Source: a virus (lineage: Duplodnaviria; Caudoviricetes). Taken from it: a stretch of 64,000 nucleotides of DNA. The notes beneath the pieces are model-generated. The model ran no database searches and was not told where the DNA came from. It saw only the letters and a list, made by a program, of their open reading frames with translations. Shown piece after piece: positions 63,367 to 64,000 of this stretch. The position numbers and the translations under genes were made by a program. Each line of letters begins with the position of its first letter. The first letter of the stretch is position 1. The stretch lies in the IMG/VR virus record IMGVR_UViG_3300028591_000075, positions 1-64,000 of that record; one strand, given 5' to 3'.

Positions 63367-63396
63367 AAAAATCCCGCCATTTGGCGGGATTTTTTT
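63367..63396. terminator. Bidirectional terminator
   Basis: AAAAATCCCGCCA-tt-TGGCGGGATTTTT. Confidence 0.8.
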
Positions 63397-63398
63397 AA

Positions 63399-63998
63399 TT
63401 AGACATCGACATCATTCTTTTGGACAACCGCTTGTGGCGGGTTTTTCCAAATGACCGCAAGGTTATCCTTGCTCGTCTTGATGACCCCGTTGACAACCAT
63501 GTCCTTGGCGCGACGGGTAATCTCCTTGGTGATGTCATCCTTGATCTTCTTTTCCAGACCAGGGAGGCCACCCTTAACGGTACCCTTCGTCTGGGTCAGG
63601 TACTGCCTGATTTCCTCGCGGATATCGTTCTGCGTAGCATCGCTGAAAGTGGAACCAACCACACCGTGTACGATGGCGGCAATTTTGCCCTCGCCAAACT
63701 TGGCCACGAAGTTGTTGCCCTGAGGGTCGGTATATTCCCGCAAGAAATTACCATCAGCAGTAACGTTAGCCCATTGCTTACCGGTATCCTTACCAGCGTC
63801 ATTCTGGATAGAGCGCTGGATAATACCAATCATAACAGGAACAAGTTGCTTGGCCGCAACCATCGGGTCAACTGGAGCAGTATTGCCACGAACAACCTTG
63901 GCGATTGCCTTCTTGCTATCAGGGGCAAACTTGCCATCCGATGTAAAGACCGAGTGACCAAGTTCCTTTTCGGCCCTGTTGATGATAAGGGTCATCTG
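63399..63998 (-). CDS. Hypothetical protein, C-terminal part (start lies beyond the window)
   Basis: Reading frame is open to the right edge. Confidence 0.6.
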   Translation of the reverse strand, partial: QMTLIINRAEKELGHSVFTSDGKFAPDSKKAIAKVVRGNTAPVDPMVAAKQLVPVMIGIIQRSIQNDAGKDTGKQWANVTADGNFLREYTDPQGNNFVAKFGEGKIAAIVHGVVGSTFSDATQNDIREEIRQYLTQTKGTVKGGLPGLEKKIKDDITKEITRRAKDMVVNGVIKTSKDNLAVIWKNPPQAVVQKNDVDV

Positions 63999-64000
63999 CA

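Noticed and set aside
1-64000. Specific host assignment (e.g. a rumen Fibrobacter-like anaerobe)
   Set aside because: Class III RNR supports an anaerobe and TTGACA promoters argue against Bacteroidota, but the genus cannot be established without CRISPR-spacer or homology searches.

Overview
This 64 kb window is a gene-dense segment of a large, T4-superfamily-like myovirus genome, probably a jumbo phage. It uses the standard genetic code. I saw no tRNA, CRISPR array, intron or intein. Morphogenesis genes: gp17-like terminase, gp20-like portal, gp23-like major capsid protein, a probable scaffold, a gp25-like baseplate protein, tail-associated peptidoglycan hydrolases and a probable tail fibre. 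Replication genes: family-B polymerase, gp41 helicase, gp61 primase, gp32 SSB, gp45-like clamp, UvsX, RuvC-like resolvase and a Dda/RecD-like helicase. Auxiliary genes: anaerobic RNR nrdDG (implying an anaerobic host), a small alarmone hydrolase, a full sigma70-family factor, Hsp20, DnaJ, a patatin, a GNAT, glycosyltransferases and a second, DnaN-like clamp. Three promoter classes can be read from the DNA: TTGACA-17-TAxxxT sigma70 promoters, a TTTTTGCTATATTT element that often implies leaderless mRNAs, and a recurrent TATAAACT late-promoter-like box. The best candidate for an undescribed system is a set of TATAAACT-driven genes that share an N-terminal leader ending in hydrophobic-E-(S/A/G/C), fused to unrelated C-terminal payloads. 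One payload is a cryptic lipoprotein signal peptide and another is a GNAT. This would be a capsid cargo-tagging and processing system analogous to the T4 internal proteins. All functional calls come from motif recognition by eye; no database searches were run.
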